Origin: Chloroflexota bacterium
GTDB taxonomy: Bacteria > Chloroflexota > UBA11872 > VXOZ01
NCBI GenBank assembly: GCA_963662335.2
Contig: CAXXVD010000003.1
Coordinates: 544,001 to 608,000 of the forward strand
DNA: 64,000 nt
Direction of reading: 5' to 3'
The stretch's first letter is position 1, and every line of letters starts with the position of its first letter. Shown piece by piece: positions 9,133 through 19,553 of the stretch. A program made the translations under genes and the position numbers. Under the pieces are notes generated by a model, which was given only the letters and a program-made list of their open reading frames with translations, did no database searches and was not told where the DNA came from.

Positions 9133-10533
9133 CTAGAAGTCGACCACCGAGTTCTCCAGCGCCTCATCCAGCGCCTGCTGCACCTCGGCGTTGCCGTCCG
9201 CCAGCGCTTCCGGCACCGTCTTCTCGCGCTTCCAGATGGAGCTTGCCATGCGCACGTGGATGCCGATGATCCGGCGTCCGCCGGGTGCGCTCACCACCCA
9301 CTGGGCGCCGTCCATCTCGCGGGCGCCCTGGATGCGCAGCGGGTCGCCCTGGGTGAATTCCTCACTCTGGGCCACCGACCGCCGGGCCGGCAGGCTGTCG
9401 CGCACGTCGTTGAAGCGGCGGTCGTTCGGCTCCAGGAAGAGCCACTCGAGGAATTTGAACGCGCCGTCCGGGTTGTTGGAGCCTTCCGGCATCAGGTGCG
9501 CGCCGCCGCCGCGATACGCCGCCGGCGAGCCGCCCTCGGCCACCGGATAGGTGTCCACGCCGACCGTAATCTTGGCGAAGGCCTCCTCATACGCCTCGAA
9601 CCGGGTGATGTTCATCACGTCGGTCCACATGGCGCAGCGGCCGGTGGAGAAGAGGTGTTGATGCCGCTCGTCGCCCTTGAAGGCGTTCATGGCGTCCAGC
9701 CCGCCCTGCAGGTCGAAGAAGCGCAGGGTCAAGTTGAACGCGGTCACCATCAGCTCGTTGTCGATGGTCGACTCGAGCTCGTCGTCGCTGAGCAGCCGCC
9801 CGCCCTGCTGCCAGAACGGCACCAGCCACCAGACCAGGGAGCTATTGCCGTACCAGAAGCCGAGGCGCGTGATGTTGTCGCCCTCTTTCTTGAGGGTCTG
9901 CTGGATGGCCGAGTCGAGTTCGTCCCAGTTCGCCGGGCCGCTGTCCGGGTCCAGGCCCACTTCCACGAAAACGTCCTTGTTGTAGAAGTAGGTAAAGACC
10001 GTGGGCGCCCACGGCAGGCCGAACCAGTGGCCGCGGTACGTCGAGTCGAAGACCACGCGCGGATAGTAGTCGTCCGCGTCGATGACGGTCGAGGCCTTGA
10101 CGTAGTTGGTGATGTCGGCGGCGATGCCGCGCACGCCGAAGTCCTTCGGCAGATACGCGTCGATGTAGGAAATATCCGGCGGGATGCCGCCGGCCACCAC
10201 CGTGGGCAGCTTGTTGATCGTGTCGCCGTAGGTGGTGACGATCACGTTGACCTGCTCGTTGGGATTGGCCTCGTGATACTCGCTGACGATGTCCGCGCCA
10301 ATGCCCTGCACCCAGTTGCTGCCGCCCATGTCGATGGCCCAGAAGTTCGTGGGCTGCATCTCGGCGGCCGGCGCCGCTTCCGCTTCTTTCTCCTCAGCTT
10401 GCGGGGCGTCCGCCGGGGCCGGGGCCGCCATGCCCGCCTGCCCGCACGCGGCCAGGATCACCGCTCCCGCCGCGGCTCCGCCGCCGGCCAGCAACCGGCG
10501 CCGTGTGGTCTGGAATCCAGTCCGTGTCTCCAT
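9133..10533 (-). CDS. ABC transporter substrate-binding lipoprotein (sugar-type, family 1), Tat signal
   Basis: TTRRRLL twin-Arg, LAAC lipobox, FYNKDVF.EVGLD...P.NWDE; start set at METRTG behind a GGAGG RBS. Confidence 0.9.
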   Translation of the reverse strand: METRTGFQTTRRRLLAGGGAAAGAVILAACGQAGMAAPAPADAPQAEEKEAEAAPAAEMQPTNFWAIDMGGSNWVQGIGADIVSEYHEANPNEQVNVIVTTYGDTINKLPTVVAGGIPPDISYIDAYLPKDFGVRGIAADITNYVKASTVIDADDYYPRVVFDSTYRGHWFGLPWAPTVFTYFYNKDVFVEVGLDPDSGPANWDELDSAIQQTLKKEGDNITRLGFWYGNSSLVWWLVPFWQQGGRLLSDDELESTIDNELMVTAFNLTLRFFDLQGGLDAMNAFKGDERHQHLFSTGRCAMWTDVMNITRFEAYEEAFAKITVGVDTYPVAEGGSPAAYRGGGAHLMPEGSNNPDGAFKFLEWLFLEPNDRRFNDVRDSLPARRSVAQSEEFTQGDPLRIQGAREMDGAQWVVSAPGGRRIIGIHVRMASSIWKREKTVPEALADGNAEVQQALDEALENSVVDF

Positions 10534-10723
10534 CGTCGGAAAAACCTCCTGCCCAAAGGGCGCTATGCCTGACACCCACCGCCGCCGCGCGTGCGGCGCC
10601 GCATCCGCCGTCAACCTGCGTGACGCGGCCTCCGCCCCATCCGCTGCGGGCGCGGACACCCGGCGCCGGCCCAAACCGGCGCGCGCTAAACCCGGCCCGC
10701 CCCGCTCCGGCGGCTTGGAACGC

Positions 10724-10753
10724 ATGGTAGCGCGCGCAATCCAGTCTTGTCAA
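10724..10753 (-). promoter_or_regulatory. Sigma70-type promoter for the SBP gene
   Basis: TTGACA-18 nt-TACCAT on the minus strand. Confidence 0.55.
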
Positions 10754-10775
10754 GGAGCATTGAGCGTTCCTTTCC

Positions 10776-10856
10776 GCCATAACCGCGCACGCGGGAATCC
10801 ATCTTGGTCTCGCGCGCAGTCAAGAGCGGATGGATTCCCGCGTGCCCGGGAATGAC
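10776..10856. repeat. REP-like element, GTCATTCCCGC..GCGGGAATCCA family
   Basis: CGCGGGAATCCA...TGGATTCCCGCG...GGGAATGAC; siblings at 37378, 43051 and 58813. Confidence 0.75.
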
Positions 10857-10942
10857 GGAGGCTGCCGCGCCACTTTCATGGCAATGACGGCTTTGCGCAA
10901 ACGTCACCTCTCTGAGAGAGGCTTAGGAGCGCTGCCCTCCAG

Positions 10943-10978
10943 CCCCCCTCTCCTCGTGGGAGAGGGTTAGGGTGAGGG
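10943..10978. repeat. REP-like element, CCCTCTCCC..GGGAGAGGG..GGGTGAGGG family
   Basis: Siblings at 16794-16830 and 35600-35633. Confidence 0.65.
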
Positions 10979-11000
10979 GGCTTTCTTGCCGCGCGGGCGG

Positions 11001-11684
11001 CTAGAAGAGACTCAGTTGATCGGCGTCAGGATCCGCGGCGGCGTCCGGCCCGTCCGCGGCCGCGCCTGGGCCGTCCGCCGCCGCTTGCCGGTCGAAGCGC
11101 CCCTGCTCCCGCAATTCCCGCAGGCGCTGGGCGATGGCGGGCAATTTCTGGATGTCCTCGAACAGCATCTGCTTGATCGCCGGCGTGCGCAGGCCGGCCG
11201 CCGGATGGTAGAAGGGCACGTAGGCGCGGCCGTCGGCGAACTTCGGCTCGCCGTGCACCGCGGAAATCTTCGCGCCGGGAAAGAACTTCGCCAGCGAATA
11301 GCGGCCCAGCGTGACCACGATGCGCGGCTCAATGGCGGCCAGTTGGCGTTCCAGATACCCATCGCAGGCGGCGATTTCGTCCGGCTGGGGGTCCCGGTTG
11401 CCCGGCGGCCGGCACTTGACCACGTTGGTGATGAAGACCTGCTCCCGCCGCAAGCCCACCGCCGCCAGCATCTCCTCCAGCAGTTTTCCCGCCTGCCCCA
11501 CGAACGGCCGCCCCTGCCGGTCTTCGTGGAAGCCCGGCCCCTCGCCAATGAACATGATGCCGCTCTTGAGCTCCCCCTCGCCCGGCACCGCCTTGGTTCT
11601 CTGCTCGCACAACCGGCACGCCGCGCACGCCCGCACCTCCGCGCCAATCGCCGCCAACACCTGCTCAGGGGTCTGCTCCGCCAC
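11001..11684 (-). CDS. udg: Uracil-DNA glycosylase family 4 (4Fe-4S)
   Basis: C..C.L, IGEGPG.ED..GRPFVG, NVVKCRPP.NR.P, YHPAA; C-terminus ends QLSLF. Confidence 0.93.
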   Translation of the reverse strand: MAEQTPEQVLAAIGAEVRACAACRLCEQRTKAVPGEGELKSGIMFIGEGPGFHEDRQGRPFVGQAGKLLEEMLAAVGLRREQVFITNVVKCRPPGNRDPQPDEIAACDGYLERQLAAIEPRIVVTLGRYSLAKFFPGAKISAVHGEPKFADGRAYVPFYHPAAGLRTPAIKQMLFEDIQKLPAIAQRLRELREQGRFDRQAAADGPGAAADGPDAAADPDADQLSLF

Positions 11685-11950
11685 CGGGATACTCCATCGT
11701 GCCCACGAGTGCTCATGTGGATGTTCTGCGCCTACAGTACAGAATACCGGCAGGGGTAAGCAAGAGCGGCGCTTGACCGCGCTGTCCTGTGGTACTCTGG
11801 CTTGCGGTTGGGCAGTGTCGTCACACCAAGGGCCCGGCGCGTCCGCTGCTCGCTGCGGGCGCGGTGGCGAGCACAGACTGAGCGTACACGCGCCCAGCGA
11901 ACGTCAACCGCGCCCAAACGCTGAGAGAGTGTTGAGGTGACGGGCGCATC

Positions 11951-12787
11951 ATGCCTGAACTTCCCGAAGTCGAGACCATTCGCCGCAGCCTGGCGCCGCA
12001 TCTTTGCGACGACGCGATTGCCGCCGTGCCGCTGCTGGACCCGCACGCGGTGGCCGAGCCGGAACCGGACGCGCTGGCCGCGCTGCTGCCGGGCCGGCGC
12101 GTCACCGCCGTCGAACGCCGGGCAAAGTACCTCGTCTTGGCCCTCGATTCGCAAAACCTGGTCGTGCACCTGCGCATGAGCGGCCGCCTCAGGCTCGTAC
12201 GGCAGGTGGAAGAGACGCGCTACCTGCGCGCCCAGTGGGATCTCGCGTCCGGGCGCGCGCTCTGCTTCTACGACGTGCGGCGCTTTGGGCGCATCTGGCT
12301 GCTGGACGGCGCGCGCCTGGCGGCACTCTTCGCCCCGCTCGGCCCGGAGCCGTTCGACCCGGCGCTTACGCCGTCCTGGCTGCACAAACGCCTGGGAAAG
12401 CGCACCGCGCCGCTCAAGTCGCTCCTGCTCAACCAGCATTTCATAGCCGGCCTGGGCAATATCTACGTGGATGAGGCGCTCCACGCTTGCGGGCTGCATC
12501 CCCGGCGGCCGGCGAATTCCCTGGAAATCGGAGAGACTACCGCCCTGCTCGCCGCCATACAGCGCATCCTCCGCGAGGCCATCGAGAGCGGCGGCACCAC
12601 CTTCGACGCCGTCTACAGCGACGCCGCCGGCCGGCCCGGCCGCTACCGGGAACGCCTGGCCGTCTACCGCCGTGCGGGCGAGCCCTGCCTCACGTGCGGC
12701 GCGTCCATCGAGCGCATCGTCGTCGCCCAGCGCGGCACCCACCTCTGCCCGCGCTGCCAGCGCGAACCGGCCGGCGCGGCCGTTTGA
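11951..12787 (+). CDS. mutM: Formamidopyrimidine-DNA glycosylase
   Basis: MPELPEVET, RRAKYL, HLRMSG, GLGNIYVDE and C-terminal C..C...CPRCQ zinc finger. Confidence 0.97.
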   Translation: MPELPEVETIRRSLAPHLCDDAIAAVPLLDPHAVAEPEPDALAALLPGRRVTAVERRAKYLVLALDSQNLVVHLRMSGRLRLVRQVEETRYLRAQWDLASGRALCFYDVRRFGRIWLLDGARLAALFAPLGPEPFDPALTPSWLHKRLGKRTAPLKSLLLNQHFIAGLGNIYVDEALHACGLHPRRPANSLEIGETTALLAAIQRILREAIESGGTTFDAVYSDAAGRPGRYRERLAVYRRAGEPCLTCGASIERIVVAQRGTHLCPRCQREPAGAAV

Positions 12788-12842
12788 CCGTTAGAAGCGC
12801 CCATGCTAAGATAGACATTAACGTGAACGTGTGGGTTAACGT
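12784..12842 (+). promoter_or_regulatory. Tandem promoters for the ABC exporter; the second has MerR-type geometry
   Basis: TTGACC-17-TAAGAT with a TG extension; TAGACA-19-TAACGT with dyad ACGT-GA-ACGT in the spacer. Confidence 0.45.
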
Positions 12843-12942
12843 GCACAACATTGCCCATTGAGCGCCGCTCAGCCGCGAGAATCCCCACCGCCGGCACGCG
12901 CGGGCCGCAGAATCGAGAACGGGAGGCGCACAACAGCCGAAA

Positions 12943-14829
12943 ATGGATACGCTGCGGCGGCTCTTCTTCTATACGTGGCGCTATTGGAAACTTGCCTTCC
13001 TGGCCTACGGCGCGCTGCTCGGCAGCACCCTGCTTAGCCTCATTCTGCCCCGCCTCTTTGGCGACGTCGTCGACGAGGCGCTGAGAAAAGGGCTTGTGTG
13101 GGATCTGCCGCTGTTCGTCGGTCACGTCGTCGACGAGGCGCTGGCGCGCCAGCAGATGCAGACGCTCTTCTTCTACGTCGGTCTGATTCTCGCCGCCACG
13201 CTTGTCAAGGGTATCTTCACGTTCGGGCAAGTCTTCCTCGCCGAGTATCTCTCCCAGCGCACGTGCTTCGACCTGCGCAACCGCATCTTCAACCAGTACC
13301 AGCGCCTCTCCTTTGCCTACCACGATCGCTCCCAGACCGGCCAACTCATGTCGCGCGCCACCAGCGACGTGGAGCAGATTCGCTTCTTCGTCTCCCAGGG
13401 CCTCATCAACGGCGCGTTGATGCTGCTGACGTTCGTCGCGGTGCTGGCCGTGCTCCTGCTGACGCACTGGCGCCTGGCGCTGCTCTCGCTGGCGACGATG
13501 CCGGTGCTCTTCGCCATCGCGTACTTCTTCGCCCGCCAACTGCGGCCCATGTTCAGCCTGGTGCAGCAGGAGACCGCCCAACTCAGCACCGTACTGCAAG
13601 AAGACCTTTCCGGTATGCGCGTCGTGCGCGCCTTTGCCCAGGAAGAACGTGAGGGCGCCAAGTTTTCCCACAGTTCCGACCGGCTCGCGCAGGCTACCGT
13701 GCGCACCATGGAACTCTTTGCCATGCGCAACCCGCTGCTGCAATTCATCGCCGGCATCGGCACCACGGCGGTGGTCTGGTACGGCGGCCTGCAGGTGATG
13801 GGCGGCGGCATGTCCCTGGGTACCCTGGTGGAGTTCAGCGCCTATCTCATGCTCTTGCAGCGTCCCATCCGCATGTTGGGCATGACCATCAACACCTACG
13901 CCCGCGCGATTGCGGCCGGCGAACGCATCTTCGAGATTCTCGATACGCAGTCCGAGATTGAAGAGAAGCCGGACGCCCGCGACGTGGCGGCGGTGGCCGG
14001 CGACGTCAGATTCGAGGCGGTCGCCTACAAGGCCGGCGGCCTGCCCGTGCTCGAGGAGATCAACCTGGAGGCCAAGGCCGGCCAGGTGATCGGCATCGTG
14101 GGCATCACCGGCTCCGGCAAGAGCACCATCGTCAACCTGCTGCCCCGCTTCTACGACGTCACCGCCGGCCGCATCACGCTGGACGGCTACGACATCCGCG
14201 ACCTCACGTTTCGCGCCCTCAGGCAGCACATCGGCCTGGTGGCGCAGGAGACTTTTCTCTTTGCCGCATCCATTCGCGAGAATATCTCCTACGGCCGGCC
14301 CGACGCCACCGAAGAGGGCGTCATCGCGGCGGCGAAAGCCGCCCAGGCCCACGACTTCATCGCGGAGTTTCCGGACGGCTACGAGACCCACGTGGGCGAG
14401 CGCGGCGTGACGCTCTCCGGCGGGCAGAAGCAGCGCGTGGCAATCGCGCGGGCGCTGCTGCTCGACCCCCGGGTGCTCGTGCTCGATGAGTCCACCTCGG
14501 CGGTGGACACGCGCACGGAAGCCGCGTTGCAGGAGGCGCTCAACCGGCTCATGCGGGGCCGCACGACGTTCATCATCGCCCAGCGCGTCGCCAGCGTGCG
14601 CGAGGCCCACGAAATCATCGTCCTGGACGAAGGGCGCATCGTGCAGCGGGGCGCGCACGGTGAATTGGTAGACCAGCCGGGCCTCTACCAGGACATGTAC
14701 GTCTACCAGTTGCAGGAGCAGGAAGAACACCTGGAACGGCAACGCGCGGCGCAGGCGGACGGGAACGGCGTGGAAGGCGCGCTCGTGGCGGCGAACGGCG
14801 GCCAATCCCGCGGGAGGGATGCTCGATGA
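12943..14829 (+). CDS. ABC exporter, fused permease/ATPase, subunit A
   Basis: TMD plus Walker A GITGSGKS, LSGGQKQR, LDESTS; switch region IAQR (degenerate site). Confidence 0.93.
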   Translation: MDTLRRLFFYTWRYWKLAFLAYGALLGSTLLSLILPRLFGDVVDEALRKGLVWDLPLFVGHVVDEALARQQMQTLFFYVGLILAATLVKGIFTFGQVFLAEYLSQRTCFDLRNRIFNQYQRLSFAYHDRSQTGQLMSRATSDVEQIRFFVSQGLINGALMLLTFVAVLAVLLLTHWRLALLSLATMPVLFAIAYFFARQLRPMFSLVQQETAQLSTVLQEDLSGMRVVRAFAQEEREGAKFSHSSDRLAQATVRTMELFAMRNPLLQFIAGIGTTAVVWYGGLQVMGGGMSLGTLVEFSAYLMLLQRPIRMLGMTINTYARAIAAGERIFEILDTQSEIEEKPDARDVAAVAGDVRFEAVAYKAGGLPVLEEINLEAKAGQVIGIVGITGSGKSTIVNLLPRFYDVTAGRITLDGYDIRDLTFRALRQHIGLVAQETFLFAASIRENISYGRPDATEEGVIAAAKAAQAHDFIAEFPDGYETHVGERGVTLSGGQKQRVAIARALLLDPRVLVLDESTSAVDTRTEAALQEALNRLMRGRTTFIIAQRVASVREAHEIIVLDEGRIVQRGAHGELVDQPGLYQDMYVYQLQEQEEHLERQRAAQADGNGVEGALVAANGGQSRGRDAR

Positions 14830-16739
14830 TTAGCGGCGGCTTCGAGTCAGGCGGCAGTTGGCGCAGCGGCGGCATGAGTTCCCGCGGCAGCATGAGTTCG
14901 CGCAGTGGCTGGCGCGGCGGCGGCGACGATTCCGTTGACATCGACCCGGACAGCAAGGCCTTCGACCAGGACGTGGTGCGCCAGATGCTGCCCTTTCTCA
15001 AGCCCTACCGGGGGAAGCTCGCCATTGCGCTCGTGCTGGTGCTCATCACCTCCGCCGCCACCACCGCCGGGCCGTATCTGATCAAGGTCGCCATCGACGA
15101 CGGCATCGACAAGGGGAACCCGCAGGTGCTGGCAATCGCGGCGGGCCTCTTCCTCCTTAGCCTCGTCGTCATGGGCCTCTCTTCCTACGCCAACAACGCC
15201 ATGATCGCGGCGGTCTCCCAGCGCATGTTGCACACGCTGCGGGTGCGCGTGGTCGACCACCTGCAGAGACTCTCATTCCGCTACCTGGATAGCAACGAGA
15301 TCGGCGTCATCATGGCGCGCGTCACCAGCGACGTGAACGCCCTGAACAACGCCTTTTCCCAGGGCACCATGACGCTGGTGGCCGACCTGCTGGGCTTGGT
15401 TCTCATTCTTGGCGTGATGCTGCTGCTCGACCCCATGCTCTCCCTGGCCACGTTCGTGGTGCTGCCGCTCATGTACGTGGTTACGCGCGTCTTCAGTTGG
15501 CAGGCGCGGCGGCGGTTTCGCGAGGTGCGGCATCAGGTGGGCAAGGTGTACGCCAACTTGCAGGAGAACATCAGCGGCGTGCGGGTCGCCCAGTCCTTTA
15601 CGCGGGAAGACCTGAACTACCGCCAGTTTCGCGGCACGAACCGGGACAACCTGGACGCCTCCGTGCGGGCCGCCCGCGTGATGGCGGCTTTTCCGCCGGC
15701 GGTGGAACTCATCACCGCCCTTGCCATCGGCCTCGTCATCGTCTACGGCGGCTACCGGGTATTGAACGGCGCCATGAGCGTGGGCGTGCTGGTGGCCTTC
15801 CTCTCGTACGTCCAACAATTCTTCATGCCCATCCGCGAGATTTCGCAGTGGTACACTAATCTCCAGCAGGCGATGGCCGGCGGCGAGCGCATCTTCGGTT
15901 TGCTCGACACCGACCCGGAAATCGTCGATAAGCCGGACGCGCCCGCCCTGCCGGCCGTCAGCGGCCACGTGCGCTTCGCGGACGTGACGTTCGGCTACGA
16001 CCCGGAACAGCCGGTGCTCACGGAAATCAACCTGGAAGCGCAGCCGGGCGAAACCATTGCCCTGGTGGGCCCCACCGGCGCGGGCAAGACCTCCATCGTC
16101 AACCTGCTCATGCGCTTCTACGACGTCCAGCAGGGGGGCGTCACCATCGACGGCCACGACCTGCGCGACGTGCAAATCCGCTCGCTGCGCCGCCAGGTGG
16201 GCATGGTGCTGCAGGATAGCTTCCTCTTCTCCGGCACGATTTTGGAGAACATCACCTACGGCAAACCTGAGGCAAGCATGGCGGAAGTGGAGGCGGCGGC
16301 GCGGGCCGTGGGCATCGACGGCTTCATCAGCCGCCTGCCGGACGGCTACCAGACCGCGGTGATGGAACGCGGCGGCCGCCTCTCCGTGGGCCAACGCCAG
16401 TTGGTCTGCTTCGCCCGCGCCCTGCTCATCGACCCGCGCATCCTCATCCTGGACGAGGCTACCAGCAGCGTGGACGCCCACACGGAGATTCTCATCCAGC
16501 GCGCCTTGGCGACCCTGCTGCGCGGCCGCACGGCGTTCGTGATTGCGCACCGCCTTTCCACCATCAAGAACGCGGACGCCATCCTGGTGCTGCGCGACGG
16601 CCGGATCGTCGAGCGCGGCAGCCACGACGCGCTGCTGGCGGCACAGGGCTTCTACGCGGAACTCTATACCACCGGCGTCGCGGCCGGCATGGACGGCCAG
16701 GATTCGGCGGCCAGGCCAAGCGCGGTACCGTCCCGCTAG
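14826..16739 (+). CDS. ABC exporter, fused permease/ATPase, subunit B
   Basis: GPTGAGKT, LSVGQRQL, LDEATS, IAHRLSTI; ATGA overlap with subunit A. Confidence 0.93.
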   Translation: MISGGFESGGSWRSGGMSSRGSMSSRSGWRGGGDDSVDIDPDSKAFDQDVVRQMLPFLKPYRGKLAIALVLVLITSAATTAGPYLIKVAIDDGIDKGNPQVLAIAAGLFLLSLVVMGLSSYANNAMIAAVSQRMLHTLRVRVVDHLQRLSFRYLDSNEIGVIMARVTSDVNALNNAFSQGTMTLVADLLGLVLILGVMLLLDPMLSLATFVVLPLMYVVTRVFSWQARRRFREVRHQVGKVYANLQENISGVRVAQSFTREDLNYRQFRGTNRDNLDASVRAARVMAAFPPAVELITALAIGLVIVYGGYRVLNGAMSVGVLVAFLSYVQQFFMPIREISQWYTNLQQAMAGGERIFGLLDTDPEIVDKPDAPALPAVSGHVRFADVTFGYDPEQPVLTEINLEAQPGETIALVGPTGAGKTSIVNLLMRFYDVQQGGVTIDGHDLRDVQIRSLRRQVGMVLQDSFLFSGTILENITYGKPEASMAEVEAAARAVGIDGFISRLPDGYQTAVMERGGRLSVGQRQLVCFARALLIDPRILILDEATSSVDAHTEILIQRALATLLRGRTAFVIAHRLSTIKNADAILVLRDGRIVERGSHDALLAAQGFYAELYTTGVAAGMDGQDSAARPSAVPSR

Positions 16740-16793
16740 GCGAACCTCTCCCTTGAAGCAACCCGCGCAGAACGCCATTGGAAAGCGCTCTAA

Positions 16794-16830
16794 CTCCCTC
16801 TCCCGCGCGGGAGAGGGCCGGCGTGAGGGT
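16794..16830. repeat. REP-like element, CCCTCTCCC family
   Basis: CTCCCTCTCCCGCGCGGGAGAGGGCCGGCGTGAGGG. Confidence 0.65.
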
Positions 16831-16970
16831 GAATCCAAGCAACGCGCAACAACGCGTACCGCGCGTAACTTGCCATTCGCCCTAAGATGTGTCATCGTGG
16901 CCTTAAGCCGCACTGGAAGCACAGGCGGAGTCGCCGGATTCGCACACGTGACTTGGCGCGTTGAGCGGTA

Positions 16971-16979
16971 TGGTATAAT
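16971..16979 (+). promoter_or_regulatory. Extended -10 element for ftsH
   Basis: TGgTATAAT. Confidence 0.55.
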
Positions 16980-17065
16980 TCGCCTGTTGACCTACGCGGT
17001 GAACCGTAGCACAAGCCGCCCGCGGCGCTCTTTGCGGACCGGGCGGCTCATCGAGGAAGAGCATT

Positions 17066-19024
17066 GTGGATAGCAAGTGGCTGAAGAACGGCTTCGTCTA
17101 CCTGGTCATTACGGTTGCGATTCTGGCCATCGTCTTTACGTTGTTCCAACCGCAAACCCGCCAAAACACCCAGGTCTCGCTCACTGAATTCATCGCCGCA
17201 GTGCAGGATGCCGCTTGGAGCGATAAGTACCCGACCGTCATCGTCTCCAACGACCATCTGATAGCCGAAATCGACGAGCAGCGCCTCACGACGCGCAAAC
17301 TGGAAGAGATGGACATCCTGGACGCGCTGCACAGCGGCGGGGTGCCCTACGACAAGATCAAGCTGACCGTGCGGGAACCCAGCCAGTTCAGCAACCTGCT
17401 GCCCATTCTGGGCACGTTCCTGCCAATCGTTGTCTTTGGCGGCATCCTGCTGCTCATGATGCGCCAGGCCCAGGGCACGAATAACCAGGCCCTCTCGTTC
17501 GGTAAGAGCAAAGCGCGCGTCTTCAAGAGCAATAAGCCCACCATCACATTCGCGGAAGTGGCCGGCGTGGAGGAGGCCAAAGAAGAACTGCAAGAGGTGG
17601 TGGCGTTCCTCAAATACCCGGAGCGCTTCCAGGCGTTGGGCGCGCAGATACCGAAAGGCGTGCTGCTGGTGGGCCCGCCCGGCACCGGCAAGACCCACAT
17701 CTCCCGCGCCGTGGCCGGTGAGGCGGGCGTGCCCTTCTTCAGCATCAGCGGCTCGGAGTTCGTCGAGATGTTCGTGGGCGTCGGCGCGTCCCGCGTGCGC
17801 GACCTCTTCGACCAGGCCAAGCGCAATTCGCCCTGCATCGTCTTCATCGACGAAATCGACGCCGTGGGACGGCAACGCGGCGCGGGCCTGGGCGGCAGCC
17901 ACGATGAGCGCGAACAGACCCTGAACCAAATCCTGGTGGAGATGGACGGCTTCGAGAGCAACACCAGCGTCATCATGCTGGCGGCGACCAACCGCCCGGA
18001 CGTGCTCGACCCGGCCCTCCTGCGCCCCGGCCGCTTCGACCGCCAGGTGGTGCTGGACAGCCCGGACGTGAAGGGCCGCGAGCACATCCTGCAACTCTAC
18101 GGCAAAGACAAGCCGCTGGCGGACGACATGGACCTGGAAACCATCGCCCGCCAGACGCCCGGCTTCTCCGGCGCTGACCTCAAGAATCTGCTCAACGAGG
18201 CGGCGCTGCTGGCCGCGCGGCGCAACAAGAAGGCAATCGGCCAGGCGGAGGTGGAGGAAGCGGTGGAGCGCGTGCTCGCCGGGCCGGAACGCCGCAGCCG
18301 CATCATCAGCGACCGCGAAAAGAAGGTCACCGCCTACCACGAGGTCGGCCACGCCCTGGTGGCGCACCTGCTGCCGGACGTGGACCCGGTGCATAAGATT
18401 TCCATCATCGCCCGCGGCCGCGCCGGTGGTTACACGCGCGTCCTGCCGCCGGAAGACCGCCACCTGTGGACGCGCTCCCAGTTCCGGCAGCAAATGGCGT
18501 TCGCTCTCGGCGGCTACGCGGCGGAGGTGCTGGTCTTTGGCGAGATGACCACCGGCGCATCCAACGACATCGAGATGGCTACCGGCTTGGCCCGGCGCAT
18601 GGTGATGGAGTACGGCATGAGCGAGAAACTCGGCCCGCGCGCGTTCGGGCGCAAGGAAGAGTTGATCTTCCTGGGCCGCGACATCCAGGAACAGCGCAAC
18701 TACAGCGAAGCCGTGGCCCAGGACATCGACGGCGAAGTGGAAGGCCTGATCCAACAGGCCCACGACCGGGCGTCGAGCCTGCTGACCGAGAATAGGGAAA
18801 AGCTGGTGGAGATTGCCGATACGTTGATGGAGGTTGAGACGTTCGACGAGAAGGCGTTTAGCGCCTTCTTCAAAGAAGAGCCTGAACCATCCGACGACGT
18901 GGACGCCAAGGCAGCGAGTACACTGGTGGACGACGAAGAGCAACAGCCGTCCTCGCCGCCGCAGGACAGTGGGGATAGTTCTCAGAAACCGCGCACGCGC
19001 CCGTATCCGGGCATGGCGACGTAG
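17066..19024 (+). CDS. ftsH: ATP-dependent zinc metalloprotease FtsH
   Basis: Two TMs, [42 protein letters not shown] zinc motif. Confidence 0.98.
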   Translation: MDSKWLKNGFVYLVITVAILAIVFTLFQPQTRQNTQVSLTEFIAAVQDAAWSDKYPTVIVSNDHLIAEIDEQRLTTRKLEEMDILDALHSGGVPYDKIKLTVREPSQFSNLLPILGTFLPIVVFGGILLLMMRQAQGTNNQALSFGKSKARVFKSNKPTITFAEVAGVEEAKEELQEVVAFLKYPERFQALGAQIPKGVLLVGPPGTGKTHISRAVAGEAGVPFFSISGSEFVEMFVGVGASRVRDLFDQAKRNSPCIVFIDEIDAVGRQRGAGLGGSHDEREQTLNQILVEMDGFESNTSVIMLAATNRPDVLDPALLRPGRFDRQVVLDSPDVKGREHILQLYGKDKPLADDMDLETIARQTPGFSGADLKNLLNEAALLAARRNKKAIGQAEVEEAVERVLAGPERRSRIISDREKKVTAYHEVGHALVAHLLPDVDPVHKISIIARGRAGGYTRVLPPEDRHLWTRSQFRQQMAFALGGYAAEVLVFGEMTTGASNDIEMATGLARRMVMEYGMSEKLGPRAFGRKEELIFLGRDIQEQRNYSEAVAQDIDGEVEGLIQQAHDRASSLLTENREKLVEIADTLMEVETFDEKAFSAFFKEEPEPSDDVDAKAASTLVDDEEQQPSSPPQDSGDSSQKPRTRPYPGMAT

Positions 19025-19143
19025 CCGGTTTCCCAGGCGAAACCGCAGGGCATTGATGGACGCGCCCCGAACCACCCCATAGCCGCGGCGCCAACCATGG
19101 CCTGCCGACAGTCCCTGCACATTTCCCAGTAGAGAGGTAAGCA

Positions 19144-19452
19144 ATGGCAACGACTGAGGAACGCATCAGTAGGCTCGAAGGAGCCTATGAACAGGTGGAT
19201 CGGCGGCTGGAATCCCTTGAAGTCTCTGTCAACGCCTTGCGCGAAGAGATGAACCAGCGGTTCGAGGCCATAGACCGGCGGTTCGAGGTGATGAATCAGC
19301 GTTTCGAAGTTGTGAACCAACAGTTCACTACCGTGAATCAACGGTTCGACACGTTGAGCCGCCAGATTTGGATTGCCTTGGCCGGCGCGTGGCTCACGAT
19401 GGCCGCGGGCATCGTTGTCGGCCTAGTCCTGATACTGCTGGGAAACGGCTAG
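19144..19452 (+). CDS. Small coiled-coil protein with heptad repeats and C-terminal TM (DUF1640/CCDC90-like)
   Basis: NQRFEAI-DRRFEVM-NQRFEVV-NQQFTTV-NQRFDTL followed by a hydrophobic tail; GAGG RBS. Confidence 0.8.
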   Translation: MATTEERISRLEGAYEQVDRRLESLEVSVNALREEMNQRFEAIDRRFEVMNQRFEVVNQQFTTVNQRFDTLSRQIWIALAGAWLTMAAGIVVGLVLILLGNG

Positions 19453-19553
19453 GCCGGCGCTGCGCACCGCTCGCGGTTTTCAAGCGGAGCACCCGCCTGA
19501 TTGCGCCAGTTCACTTTCGCGTCCGCTTTCAGGTAAGCCGCGCCAGTGCGCCC

